Assembly (NCBI GenBank): GCA_000004985.1
Contig: GG738931.1
DNA length: 64,000 nucleotides
DNA from: Naegleria gruberi
Lineage: Eukaryota
Direction: 5' to 3' (one strand)
Below, one piece after another: positions 1 to 10,607 of this stretch. The notes under the pieces were generated by a model. That model had not been told where the DNA came from. It was given only the letters and a program-made list of their open reading frames with translations, and made no database searches. Positions within the stretch are counted from its first letter, which is position 1, and the number at the start of each line of letters is the position of its first letter. A program made the translations under genes and the position numbers.

Positions 1-1003
1 ATCATGAGGCTGAGAGAGTATTGAATTCTTATTGTTGAATAAGTTATTGTAGGATGAAGATAATTTAGAATACATTGATGACTGTTGAAGATATGATACA
101 AATCTAGATGATGGTGATGGAGAGGATGAACACTCGACCATAAAGTAGCTACTCGATGAATTAATTGTTGTTAATAGTAATATTAATATTGATGAAAGAA
201 GTAATAATACAAGTTTTGATGATGATGAAGAAGACTGTGATTTTCGCAAAGAAGGCAATAAGATAGTACTACTACACAATGATGATACACCAAACATCAT
301 GATGACCTTTCCTATCAAATTGGCCATATATTCAGCATCATCATGATGTCTATTCCCAAATTGTTCACGGATCACATCATTCTTTACTTCATCTTTATAA
401 AAACACAATCTTCTCCCCACACGATCAGCATCCTCATCTACATCTTCCATTCTACTACTACTACTTGTTCTTCTTATTGTATGATCAGTGCAATGATCGA
501 CATTCATTCCAATCTTCAATTTTTTTGATTATTCGCTTTGCTTTTTTCATCCATCAGCAACAAGCTGGGTTCTTCAAAGTGGATTCTTGTTGTGTGTGCT
601 AATTCTGATGTCATTGTTATTGTCTTGATCTATTGGAGAAGTGCAATGAGCAGTTCGTTTGTTTGGTACAATTATTTATTGTTTAGCGCTTGTGGTGAAA
701 TGATGCGCATTGTAATGGCTGGCTCTGTTTATTGATAGTGAACAGATAATGTGTTCTCTAAAGATCAATTAATTTACATGGTAGTCACGATAGAGAGATC
801 AGATTGTGAAATAACCATCTACAACTGTTTCCTTTATCCAGGTTTATCCAGGGTAACAGGTTGGTTGGATCCATTGGAGAAGACGTTTTCCTCAGGGTTA
901 CCCTTCTCCTTTAAGCTCTTAATGACCGTTTCTCACTTCTTCATCTTGTTTTATTTTTTTTGAAATTGTTTAACGGTTACTTTCGGAGCGAATTGAAGGA
1001 CCA

Positions 1004-2616
1004 TTATTGTTGAAGTGAAAATTGCTTGTTTTGCAAGGATTGGATATTAATCAAAATGACACTCAACTTGAAAAGTGAATAATCTGGAAAATATTCATCA
1101 TTGTGAACTCCATCTCCCTTCCAGAAATGTTCATGTTGAGCTCTGGATTTTAGCAAATCAGTTGAAAGAAATATTCCACAACCTACACAATGATCCTCTA
1201 GCTCTTGTGCAGTTTTGAAATTTTGGGAGTTTCTCCAAACTATTCCATTAATATCTGAATGAATATCGCCATACTTGGTGCCAGGTGTAATGTTGGTTGA
1301 GCATGCTTTCTTTTCTGAACTTTCGTGATCCACAATGAAATTCAAGTGTGATAGAGAAACCTATCTGATCCAATAAGGAAATAGTTATTATCATAGAGTT
1401 TAGCCAATGGAACGCATTCAAATTTGTGCATGAGATTTACAGAGACTTTGCCAATAGTTTCAACTTTTTCTTTTTGAGAAAGAGATTCGAATGGTTTGTT
1501 GTGAGGGTGGGTAAAGTCGTGAAGAATCTTTTTCTGAATATTTCCAAACGCGTTCATAACTGAGATTTTTGCTTCAATTATTTTCTTTTCATTTTCTAAC
1601 TGGGAATATAATGCATTCGAAATGAGAGAAAGTTCTGTACTTTTGAATGGAAACCTCTTGTTTGAGAACTGATTATCTTTTGATAATGATTCGCTTTCAT
1701 AGGGAGAGAGAAATCCCCAAAATTTGAATTCATTACTAATTTCTAACTGTAAAGAGTGTTTCAATCCTATTGGTATATCTAAATAGGAATATTCCAAAAT
1801 AATTGGTAAAATAAATCGTTCAAAAATCACAACATTTTGATTTGGAAATGGAAATACTCTTTGTAATTTTTCATTCAATATCACATCCTCGGCCATTGGA
1901 CTATCAATTAGAATATTCAATATCGAGTGAGGGAATTTTCTAATTTGAATTATTGGTATCTCAAATTCCTTTCCAGAAATATTCAAAATTATAGATTTTT
2001 CACTACTAGACTCATAGCTCATTAAATTACTTTGAGCATTACAATACTTTGCAGCAAGCTTGTTTTCATATTGTTGATTCTTTTCGAAAATTACATATCC
2101 AATTAGAAATATGTTATCTTTCATTGTTTGTTTGTTGATGATGCTATACTGATTTGGTTCAAATGTAATGAAGGCATCTCCTCTTTTAATCTTACCAACA
2201 TCCACTGTTCCATATCTGCTTTCCATACAAACCGAATCTGAATCCGAACTCTTACTCAACTGAATAAATATTCTCATCTGACCTTTCGATTCATTTGACA
2301 AGTTTTCATGTGTGCAACGTTTTGAGCAAGAAAAAGACCAAGAAATATTATCTTTTATCACGGCCCATAAAGAATCAATTCCAACAGGAAGGAATTTCGA
2401 GTCATCTTCATCTGAATCATTAATTCCAATTAATTGTCTAATTGAGTTTTTACATTTTTCGAATATTTTATCGGAAAGTTGTTGATCGTTAAAAATCTCA
2501 ATATTATAAAAAGATTTAATTTTTTTACTATTTTCTGCAATAATTTGTTTACATCCTTCCGATGACAAACAACGAGGCAGAAATATCAAACCTTCACCAA
2601 GTTTGAGTGTAGCCAT
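1004..2616 (-). CDS. Hypothetical protein. Two ORF segments (1342..2616 and 1004..1345) in different frames, joined either by a short non-consensus intron or by a frameshift.
   Basis: A 424-aa minus-strand ORF is followed directly by a 113-aa ORF of coding-like composition in another frame. No recognisable domain. Confidence 0.4.
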
Positions 2617-2929
2617 TTTTTTTGAGTTTACCGTCTCAAAAAAAAATGTCGTACCACCCAGTAACTACACTGTTGACCCTGAGACCACAGTGTGTTGCCG
2701 CAATACTTACACCGTACCCTATACTACCCGGGGTTCCAGCATAGGGTGTTCAAGCCAAGTATTTGTGTCCACAGAGTTACAAGAAATGAACAAAGCAATC
2801 CCAACAAGAAAGAATTTATTATTTAATATTCGTAATATCATCAAGACGAACCCGTCGGGTTCATACGATTAATAAACGTTTAAATTTTTTTTGAGTTTAC
2901 AATTTCCACTTTTTTCCACTTTTAAAAAA

Positions 2930-3946
2930 ATGCAACAAGAACATGCGCTGAACCTATCAAATCCAGTCCAGCACATGATGAGTAGCGACTCTTTGCTGCT
3001 CTTGGAGGGAAGAGCCAATGAAGGAGATCAACAAGCACTCGATGAATTATTAAATTATTATCAATTCGGAGGAAATAATAAATCGCCAATTGATGAGGAA
3101 AAGGCTTTGGAATTAATGATTAAATTTGAGGAAAATAATTCGACAATACAAAGACAAATAGGTTCTTTTCATTATTTTGGAAAGGCTAATTTACCAATCG
3201 ATTTTGAAAAGGCTTTGTTTTGGTATAGAAAATCGGCAAATAATGGAAATTCAATTGCCATGTTTAATGTTGGATTGCTGTATGATAGAGGGCAAGGATG
3301 CAATAAGAATGTGAAGGAAGCATTTAATTGGTTTTTTAGAGCTGCTGTTGCTGGGCATGGAGTCAGTCAATTTTATGTTGGAATGATGTTTGACAGAGGG
3401 GAGGGAACTGAAAAAGATATTCAACAGGCAATTTATTGGTTGAATCAATCTGTTGTGAATAATTGTATTGAGGGACTTACTTATTTAGCATCCATGTATG
3501 AGAAAGGAGAAAATATTGAACAGGATTATTCGAAAGCATTTCCATTATTTTTACAAGGTGCCAATATGGGACATGTTGAATGTATTTATCATGTTGGAGT
3601 TATGTATTTATCAGGTAGAGGAGTTGAAGTGAACTATCCATTGGCTTTGAAATACTTTTTAATGGCAGCTACACGAAATCATGCAGAAGCTCAATACAAT
3701 GCAGGAACAATGTACGATAGGGGAATGGGCTGTCTTCAAGATTACACTGAATCTTTTAAATTATTTATGAGTGGAGCAATGAATGGTCATGCAATTTGTC
3801 AATATTATGTTGGAAACATGTTATTGAAAGGCGAGGGCACTTTGGTGGATGTTAAACATGCAATTTTCTGGATGAAAAAAGCAGCTCTACAAGGAATTCC
3901 AAATGCAATTCATTACATTAAAAGTATGGAACAGGAATCAAAATAA
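2930..3946 (+). CDS. Sel1-like repeat (SLR/TPR-like) protein
   Basis: Repeated ~36-aa units with the Sel1 signature (e.g. AMFNVGLLYDRGQGCNKNVKEAFNWFFRAAVAGH, YVGMMFDRGEGTEKDIQQAIYWL). First true ATG at 2930, preceded by an A-run. Confidence 0.75.
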   Translation: MQQEHALNLSNPVQHMMSSDSLLLLEGRANEGDQQALDELLNYYQFGGNNKSPIDEEKALELMIKFEENNSTIQRQIGSFHYFGKANLPIDFEKALFWYRKSANNGNSIAMFNVGLLYDRGQGCNKNVKEAFNWFFRAAVAGHGVSQFYVGMMFDRGEGTEKDIQQAIYWLNQSVVNNCIEGLTYLASMYEKGENIEQDYSKAFPLFLQGANMGHVECIYHVGVMYLSGRGVEVNYPLALKYFLMAATRNHAEAQYNAGTMYDRGMGCLQDYTESFKLFMSGAMNGHAICQYYVGNMLLKGEGTLVDVKHAIFWMKKAALQGIPNAIHYIKSMEQESK

Positions 3947-3977
3947 TTGACAAAATTACTTGAATTAAAGTAAAAAT

Positions 3978-4013
3978 TGGAGTCATAGGGAATCGAACCC
4001 TAGACCTTCTGCA

Positions 4014-4044
<31 letters not shown>

Positions 4045-4050
4045 AACCCC
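3978..4050 (-). tRNA. tRNA-Ala (anticodon UGC)
   Basis: The reverse complement folds as a canonical cloverleaf with a G3:U70 pair, anticodon loop TTTGCAT, T-loop TTCGATT and discriminator A. An oligo-T Pol III terminator follows. Confidence 0.9.
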
Positions 4051-4621
4051 TTCTGTTATATTCCTTAATTTATTCATTAAGACATAAATATCGGCAATAT
4101 TAAATAAAAAAAATGTATCAGAAATGCCCAATTTGGAAAGAATAGTTATTTTAATGACAAGTATTTAAGAATTGACTTTCCCAAATCGATTGGAAAGATT
4201 ATTTTAAAAGAAATACAGAAATAACTCTCATCTTTCAAACAACAAATTTTAGAAAACATGTTTTTCAATGTTTATGAGCTGGATTCTTTAATCTTTTTGA
4301 AAGTTGGCAGGTCCACAAATATCAATAAAAATCGAATAAAGATTTTGTGAAATTGTATGAAAATTTGAAAGATTCTTTTCAAGATTTTCAACCTTGGAGA
4401 CGGCTATTATGGTTAATTGTGGATTATTATCGCAAAATTCTGGCAAAAAATATTTTTTTTTAATTACGGATTTGAATTATGGAAGTATTACATTAGGTAT
4501 TATGACGTGAAGAATTTTAATAAAATTATGTGAATTATTACAAATAAAAATTACAGTTTTTATTAGATTATTTATTATTGTTTTATTTTGAAATTAATTA
4601 ACTGAAAATTATTGCCAGTAT

Positions 4622-7309
4622 TTATTGGTAATAATTCATACAGAATGAAAATTGATTGAGAGCAATAAGACCTGGAAATCTGATTACACTGCACACGCTA
4701 TTAATCTTTGAAAGAGGAATTACTGAAGTGGCAACTGAGTGAATGAATAGTTTGTACATTAATGATACATAACACAACTCTCCAAGCGTAAAAATTTCAT
4801 CACAACAAACAACATTATCCCCTAATTGAGATATCTTCCCAATAAATCTATCGAATTGAATATACATTCCAACCTTAAGTGATGATTTTCTAGCAACATC
4901 AAGTGTTTTACCAACTAATCGTCTTGTAAATGGATAATCTGCAAATAATGTATTCATTCCAACTTCATGTTGCAACCCTCTAACTTCAAGTAATTTGTTA
5001 TTACTTCTATCATTAAATTGTTTGAATTCAGAATGTTTCAATTCAAAAATCAACGCCCAAAACCATGTAACATCCCCAAAAAGTACACAATCTTCAAAAA
5101 TGTGCGTTGCCCAATGATAATTCGGAAATTGGCAATTATCTTTGCCAAAACAATATGTAAAAATGGATTGAAATTTTGTAAATACTTTTTCACAATACAC
5201 AATATCATCATGAGTATAATTCCCCCTTAATAACCTTATAAAATATTGTAAGTGAAGAATCCATCCTTGATAGAGTAATCCTTTTTTAGAAGAATCTATT
5301 TTCAACTTTTGATTATTATTGTAAATTAATTCACAAATAATAGGAGCACTCATAATAATAAAATCTAACATTGAAATACCTGAAAGAGTGTCAATATCCA
5401 TTCTTAATTCAAGCTTTTTTCCATTTGGAAGAGTATACTTTGTTGATATTTCAATTAAATCATCCATAGCAGTCGCATATTCTAATGCTTGTACAAGTAA
5501 TTTGAGATGTTTTCGAAATAATCCTTGAATTTCTAAATGAAAGAAATCAACTACAGATCTACGATACGGATCTATCATTATTTGAGTAACAAATCTTGAT
5601 TTGATGAATGTTTTGACAATTAATTGATTCATCAATTGTTTTCTTTTGTTTGTTGACATTTGCTTACTTTTGAATCTCTCCTCTTCCCAAGTTTGTTCTT
5701 TTACACCTTTCCTTGCAATTCTATTTTGTTTAGAATCTGCAATTTTAGGTAATTCTGATAATTTCTCAACAATATCTTTCATTTCTGAATGTTCTCTCCT
5801 TTTAAATGTGTGTACACATGTTGGATTAAACGCGGATGCACCCATTAAATCTGTTGGTGTTTTGTCAAGGTTGTCTGACGCATCTAAACATCTGGAACAT
5901 TCATTTTTCATAAGTGCTAAACATTTCAATCTTTCAGGTGTATCTAATAAAAATCCCATACAGCAAATGAATAGCTTAATATCTTCTCCTGTAGTTGGAT
6001 GTTTCACTGTAATGATTTTACCATCATGATTTTCAAAATCTTGAATAATTGAATCAGTCATTTTCCAAAATCCTTCATTACTCCATGAAAAACCGTTTAC
6101 ACGAATTGCGCTTAAACTTGACATGAAATCTGAATCAAAATTGTAACTTGTGAAATAGGAGGCGCATGTTGACTTGGTTTTTGTTCTGAATTTAGCAAAA
6201 TCATCAAAATATTCTAAAACTAGAAATGGAAATGCATCTTCAGGGCATTTAGCAAGGTATTCACCAAATATTTTTGAAAAGTAAGGTTGATTTTCTTTCT
6301 TTTGTATATTCTTTTTTTCAAAATATTCTTTTCGTGTTAAGCACATGTGTTTTGTGATTGCTTGATCTTTCAACAACAATTTCAAATTATTCTCAAATGA
6401 AATTGCTGCAAATCCATCCTCTTGTTTGTATTCAAAATTGATCATTGCTTTTTTCCTTTCGAGTAATGTATCGTAACAAGGAATTTCGTTAAAAGTTGAT
6501 TCAGGGACCATGTATTTGAACATATCTCTAAGGAAATCGTACCCACTTTTACACAATTTGAAATGATTAACCAAAATATAACAGTATATTTCTTCTTTTG
6601 ATTGAAATACACCCTTTCCATTCACATCTTTTAAAATTTCACACCCCAAATCATATGGTAGCTCTTTAAAAACAAAATTTCCAATTTTTTCACATTTTAC
6701 ATCCGATTCTTTGTGAAATATTTCTGAAACTGGAAAATAAAGAGTGTCAATTATTGAAAAGGGAGTTTCAATTGTATTAGCAAATCCGAAAATACTACCT
6801 TCAGCTAAAACTTGTTGTGAGTGAATTCCGTTTTGTTTTAGCTTCTTCTGTTGCGATTCGTATTCAGTCAGCTTTGGTAATCTACTGTCTTTAGATTTTA
6901 GCAAATGTGTACAATGTGAATTAATAATGTGAGTGTAACAATTTTCACTGTTCATGATAAAATTACAACAATTAAATCTTGATACAGTATCTATCTTTGC
7001 AAGAGAACAATTTCCCTTAGAACATCTATTAAGATGCTTTTTTAATAAATCTCCCTTTGTAAATGTTTGACAACAAAAAGGACAGACCCAGCGTTTTGTT
7101 TGACAATCACGACATGAAGAACATAAACTTAAATCAAATGAAGATTTTGCACATTCATACACATAGTACTCTTCCTCTTTTTGACATTTATCGCATTTTG
7201 TTGCTTTTGTGAGAAAATCAAGGGATACATTGTTACCAGGTTTTTGTGTAATCATTTTTTTAGCATTGTAAACCATATGAAATTCTACCAAATAGTGGTT
7301 ATTTTTCAA
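4622..7309 (-). CDS. Large transposase-like protein (TnpD/Tnp2 or KDZ-like candidate) with an N-terminal Cys/His zinc-finger region
   Basis: Intact 895-aa ORF. The N-terminus carries multiple CxxC/C2H2-like motifs (CPFCCQTFTKGDLLKKHLNRC). An internal block GFLLDTPERLKCLALMKNECSRC resembles the DFPAYG...CPxC block of CACTA/En-Spm TnpD, and EDGFAAISF resembles its DGFNPF motif. Recognised from memory only, not by HMM. Confidence 0.45.
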   Translation of the reverse strand: MKNNHYLVEFHMVYNAKKMITQKPGNNVSLDFLTKATKCDKCQKEEEYYVYECAKSSFDLSLCSSCRDCQTKRWVCPFCCQTFTKGDLLKKHLNRCSKGNCSLAKIDTVSRFNCCNFIMNSENCYTHIINSHCTHLLKSKDSRLPKLTEYESQQKKLKQNGIHSQQVLAEGSIFGFANTIETPFSIIDTLYFPVSEIFHKESDVKCEKIGNFVFKELPYDLGCEILKDVNGKGVFQSKEEIYCYILVNHFKLCKSGYDFLRDMFKYMVPESTFNEIPCYDTLLERKKAMINFEYKQEDGFAAISFENNLKLLLKDQAITKHMCLTRKEYFEKKNIQKKENQPYFSKIFGEYLAKCPEDAFPFLVLEYFDDFAKFRTKTKSTCASYFTSYNFDSDFMSSLSAIRVNGFSWSNEGFWKMTDSIIQDFENHDGKIITVKHPTTGEDIKLFICCMGFLLDTPERLKCLALMKNECSRCLDASDNLDKTPTDLMGASAFNPTCVHTFKRREHSEMKDIVEKLSELPKIADSKQNRIARKGVKEQTWEEERFKSKQMSTNKRKQLMNQLIVKTFIKSRFVTQIMIDPYRRSVVDFFHLEIQGLFRKHLKLLVQALEYATAMDDLIEISTKYTLPNGKKLELRMDIDTLSGISMLDFIIMSAPIICELIYNNNQKLKIDSSKKGLLYQGWILHLQYFIRLLRGNYTHDDIVYCEKVFTKFQSIFTYCFGKDNCQFPNYHWATHIFEDCVLFGDVTWFWALIFELKHSEFKQFNDRSNNKLLEVRGLQHEVGMNTLFADYPFTRRLVGKTLDVARKSSLKVGMYIQFDRFIGKISQLGDNVVCCDEIFTLGELCYVSLMYKLFIHSVATSVIPLSKINSVCSVIRFPGLIALNQFSFCMNYYQ

Positions 7310-7369
7310 TGTATTCCACCAAACACAAAATCATTACGTAATAATTTCGTATGAAATATAAAAAATCAT

Positions 7370-7419
7370 NNNNNNNNNNNNNNNNNNNNNNNNNNNNNNN
7401 NNNNNNNNNNNNNNNNNNN
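7370..7419. other. Assembly gap (50 N)
   Basis: Run of N. Confidence 1.
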
Positions 7420-7472
7420 TTGCATTGTTTCCTTCCACATCAATCACTTGTCCTTTTCCTGTTGGTTTTTGA

Positions 7473-9500
7473 ATGACTGGTGGTGGTTGTGTTATTTGGG
7501 ATTTGGAAGGAATTTGTAATTCTGCATCTGCTGGTTTTATTTCTTCTTTGGTTGTGGGGGTTGAGATTTCTTTTCAACAAAAAATTGGAATTGGCAGCTT
7601 GTCAACTATGACAGGTCTTGCTGATTATTACAAAACTCTTCTTGGAATTGATTTGAATCAATTTGTGGGTTATGAAATTGTAGAAATTGATGATTCCCCA
7701 GCTACCTCTTACATGATTGATTGGAGTGATAAGAATTGTGGTGGATACAAGGATTTAGGAGCTAGATTTAATATGGGACTAGGTCTGTTTGTCTCACGAG
7801 CTGCCAATAGAGTTGCAGTTCCAGACAACTCAACCATCAAGTATAAATTGGAAAAGGATGGTGATGTCAAAGTATTGGAAATTCCATTTGTTGGCACATC
7901 GAGTGTGAAATATTTGAATGACAGCAAATTTTATGAAAGTTGTTTGAGAGTTGATTCTGCAGCTGATGTGTTGAAATCTCAAGGAATTCCAACAAGAAAG
8001 ACGCATCTCTATAATGTAGATCCACATTTTGAAAAGAGAGAACTTCCACTCAAGTCAACCGTGCAAGGAACTTTTTCAGTGAACAATATTTTGAATGGCG
8101 ACATGATCAAATATTACGAATTGACATCCAATCAAGACAGCTCCATATTAATTGGTGTAATTGTCATTGAAATCTTTTCTCCAAAATCCATTCAACAATT
8201 TTCCAGAGATTTCCAAACCAGTTTATATTTGGCCAAGCTCCATAAGGCAAAGAAGATTATTCTCGATGTTACCAATAATGGAGGAGGATATATTTGCTTG
8301 GGATATGCCTTCTCAAGATATTTCTTCCCAAAGCAATTCTCCAATCAGTACGAGAGCTTATTTGCAAGAACTGACATGATAGCTAGTGAATTGGGTAAAG
8401 AGCTAGCTCAAAAAGGAAGTGAATCTCCACAACTTGACACCATTTGGATGCCACATTTTTGGAGAGATGATTCAGGAAAGGTCTATAATGATGACTCCTG
8501 GTTCACAAATCAACATACCTTCTCTAGAGGAGGTGTCGATCATGCCTACACTTCAATTATCAAAGATAATGGATGCAGTGAAATGTTTGATGATTTCATT
8601 TTCACTGGTGACGATTTATTGGACTATAGTTCAGATGATTTGATTATTCTTTCGAATGGTAGATGTGCTAGTACATGTGCCATGTTCACATTCCAACTTC
8701 AACAATTTAAAAAAGCTAAAACAGTCGTTGTTGGTGGTGTTCACAATACTCAACAACAAATTGGTCAACTGCCAGGAGGTCAAGTTTGTGAACAACCAAA
8801 TTTGGTATTGAATATTGAGGAGTATAACATGACTCAAAGTGAACATGCTCCTAAACTCTTACCAACAACTTCTAGATTGAGATTTGCCATCAGAGAAGCA
8901 TATGCTTGGGCAGATTCTCAACTAAACTCGTTGGAATTTTCATTTCTCCCAAGTGATTTCAGATTAGATTATTCGAAAGAAAGTGCAATGGATCCAACCA
9001 AAGTATGGATTGATACTTTACAATTCTTTGACAAGTGTGCTCCATGGCAAACTCAAACATGTCAAATTACAAATGGAATTGGAATGAAGAGTTGCAATTC
9101 TGGAACTTACTCATCAGAATGTAAATTAATTTCTTGTAATGATGGATTTGGAATTGCAAATGGAAATGATTTCTGTACTCCTTGTCCATTAGGAACCTTT
9201 ACAAAAGGAACTGTTTGTGAGCAATGCACAAACAAACCAGTCAACTCACATTATCTCAATAATACTCAACAAATCTGTGAATATCAATGCGATTTAGGAT
9301 TTGAGATTGATAATACTGGAACTAAATGTGTGGAAAGTGAATACGAATCCGTTCAAAAACCAATTCTTTCATTCTTGGTTGCCTTGTGTGTAATTGCCAT
9401 AATTGTTGCATTCCTTTCCATTGTTGCAAATTCAGTTCTTGGATTCAAACTCTATCAAACACGTAAAGAAAATCAACAAGAAACCATGCAATTAATGTAA
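7473..9500 (+). CDS. Peptidase S41 (C-terminal processing protease-like) family protein with a Cys-rich EGF/TNFR-like stalk and a C-terminal TM anchor. The 5' end is probably missing in the gap.
   Basis: KKIILDVTNNGGGYI matches the S41 IIDLRxNGGG motif. LILSNGRCASTCAMF matches the catalytic-Ser region (vLvNxxSaSAsE). The C-terminus has CxxC-rich repeats, then a hydrophobic segment ILSFLVALCVIAIIVAFLSIV. Confidence 0.7.
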   Translation: MTGGGCVIWDLEGICNSASAGFISSLVVGVEISFQQKIGIGSLSTMTGLADYYKTLLGIDLNQFVGYEIVEIDDSPATSYMIDWSDKNCGGYKDLGARFNMGLGLFVSRAANRVAVPDNSTIKYKLEKDGDVKVLEIPFVGTSSVKYLNDSKFYESCLRVDSAADVLKSQGIPTRKTHLYNVDPHFEKRELPLKSTVQGTFSVNNILNGDMIKYYELTSNQDSSILIGVIVIEIFSPKSIQQFSRDFQTSLYLAKLHKAKKIILDVTNNGGGYICLGYAFSRYFFPKQFSNQYESLFARTDMIASELGKELAQKGSESPQLDTIWMPHFWRDDSGKVYNDDSWFTNQHTFSRGGVDHAYTSIIKDNGCSEMFDDFIFTGDDLLDYSSDDLIILSNGRCASTCAMFTFQLQQFKKAKTVVVGGVHNTQQQIGQLPGGQVCEQPNLVLNIEEYNMTQSEHAPKLLPTTSRLRFAIREAYAWADSQLNSLEFSFLPSDFRLDYSKESAMDPTKVWIDTLQFFDKCAPWQTQTCQITNGIGMKSCNSGTYSSECKLISCNDGFGIANGNDFCTPCPLGTFTKGTVCEQCTNKPVNSHYLNNTQQICEYQCDLGFEIDNTGTKCVESEYESVQKPILSFLVALCVIAIIVAFLSIVANSVLGFKLYQTRKENQQETMQLM

Positions 9501-9731
9501 AAATCTAATTTCCTCACTTTACAAAATTGTTTAATAATTAAACTTTTTAAATATTTCCAAAAAAGGGCTTTTTCAAAATCAAAAAAAAATATCCAACAAG
9601 TATCTATTGATTTTTCATCATCCATTGATTATTTCAACCCTCACTAAATCCGTGAGAGAAATCCCATTGTAAATATTTAAATACAACAAACCCGAGAAGC
9701 GAATTTTAATTTATTGGAAAAATTGCGGAAA

Positions 9732-10592
9732 ATGATCAAGTCGTTAAATTCTGCATTAATTTATTACCTGATGATTGGTTGTTTGTTGGTTTTAATGTTA
9801 GGAACAATTCAAGATCAGCAGCAGCAACAGGGTTTTGTTTTTGGATTTTCTGTAAATATTCAAAAAGTTTCATCACAAGCAATTAATAAGAAAACATTCG
9901 TCGGATTGCATGCAAGCAATAATGGGAATGAAAGAGCTGTTAGTAATAGTGGATCTGCTGGATTGCTTGGAGGATTGTATCCATCAAACTTTTATCAACA
10001 TCCAATGATTGGATATGATTGTTTTTATGGATATACCTTTCCGAATTGTACATGCACACAGCATAGTCCACAAAAAACAGCAACAAATAAGAGGAATGAT
10101 GATTGCTATGGACCTAAATGTATGTTAGTGAAGAGTGATTCGAGGGCCACAACAGGAAATTTCACATGTGGTGTCAAGGAGAGTGATTCGGGAAATAATG
10201 CAGCCATTGTGGATTGTAGTCATAATGCAAATCCAAATACTGATAATGCTTTCTACTTTTCTGAATGCAATCCATACATTCCAAAACCTCACCACAACAG
10301 GTTCCTCAATACAACCTCAATTTTGAATTTGTTCGATCATGAATTCAGATTTGAGAGTATTGATGAAAGCAAATCCAAGACAATTGTTAAATGTCCTTTG
10401 AAGAGAACTCCAGGTTCGTTCCTTAAAGGTTATGCTGTTCAAGTGGATGTGCATGTTCATGAAGTGAGAGATGGATTCAATGATTTTGTTTGGGTTACTC
10501 ATGTTTTTTCGTGTAATAGCACTGCTATTGAACAACAAGCACCTTTGGGTGATTCAGGCTTTTTACAACTTGTTCTTGTGAAAAATAAATAG
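9732..10592 (+). CDS. Secreted cysteine-rich protein (unknown family)
   Basis: N-terminal signal peptide (MIKSLNSALIYYLMIGCLLVLMLG), a poly-Q stretch, and many Cys. The ORF is continuous. Confidence 0.5.
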   Translation: MIKSLNSALIYYLMIGCLLVLMLGTIQDQQQQQGFVFGFSVNIQKVSSQAINKKTFVGLHASNNGNERAVSNSGSAGLLGGLYPSNFYQHPMIGYDCFYGYTFPNCTCTQHSPQKTATNKRNDDCYGPKCMLVKSDSRATTGNFTCGVKESDSGNNAAIVDCSHNANPNTDNAFYFSECNPYIPKPHHNRFLNTTSILNLFDHEFRFESIDESKSKTIVKCPLKRTPGSFLKGYAVQVDVHVHEVRDGFNDFVWVTHVFSCNSTAIEQQAPLGDSGFLQLVLVKNK

Positions 10593-10607
10593 TGAGATAG
10601 ATTTTAT

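Noticed and set aside
343-963. Three small plus-strand ORFs in the first kb, and a D/E-rich open frame ending at 346
   Set aside because: Extremely AT-rich, low-complexity and missing a start codon. They could be a 3' exon of an upstream gene but cannot be supported from the window.
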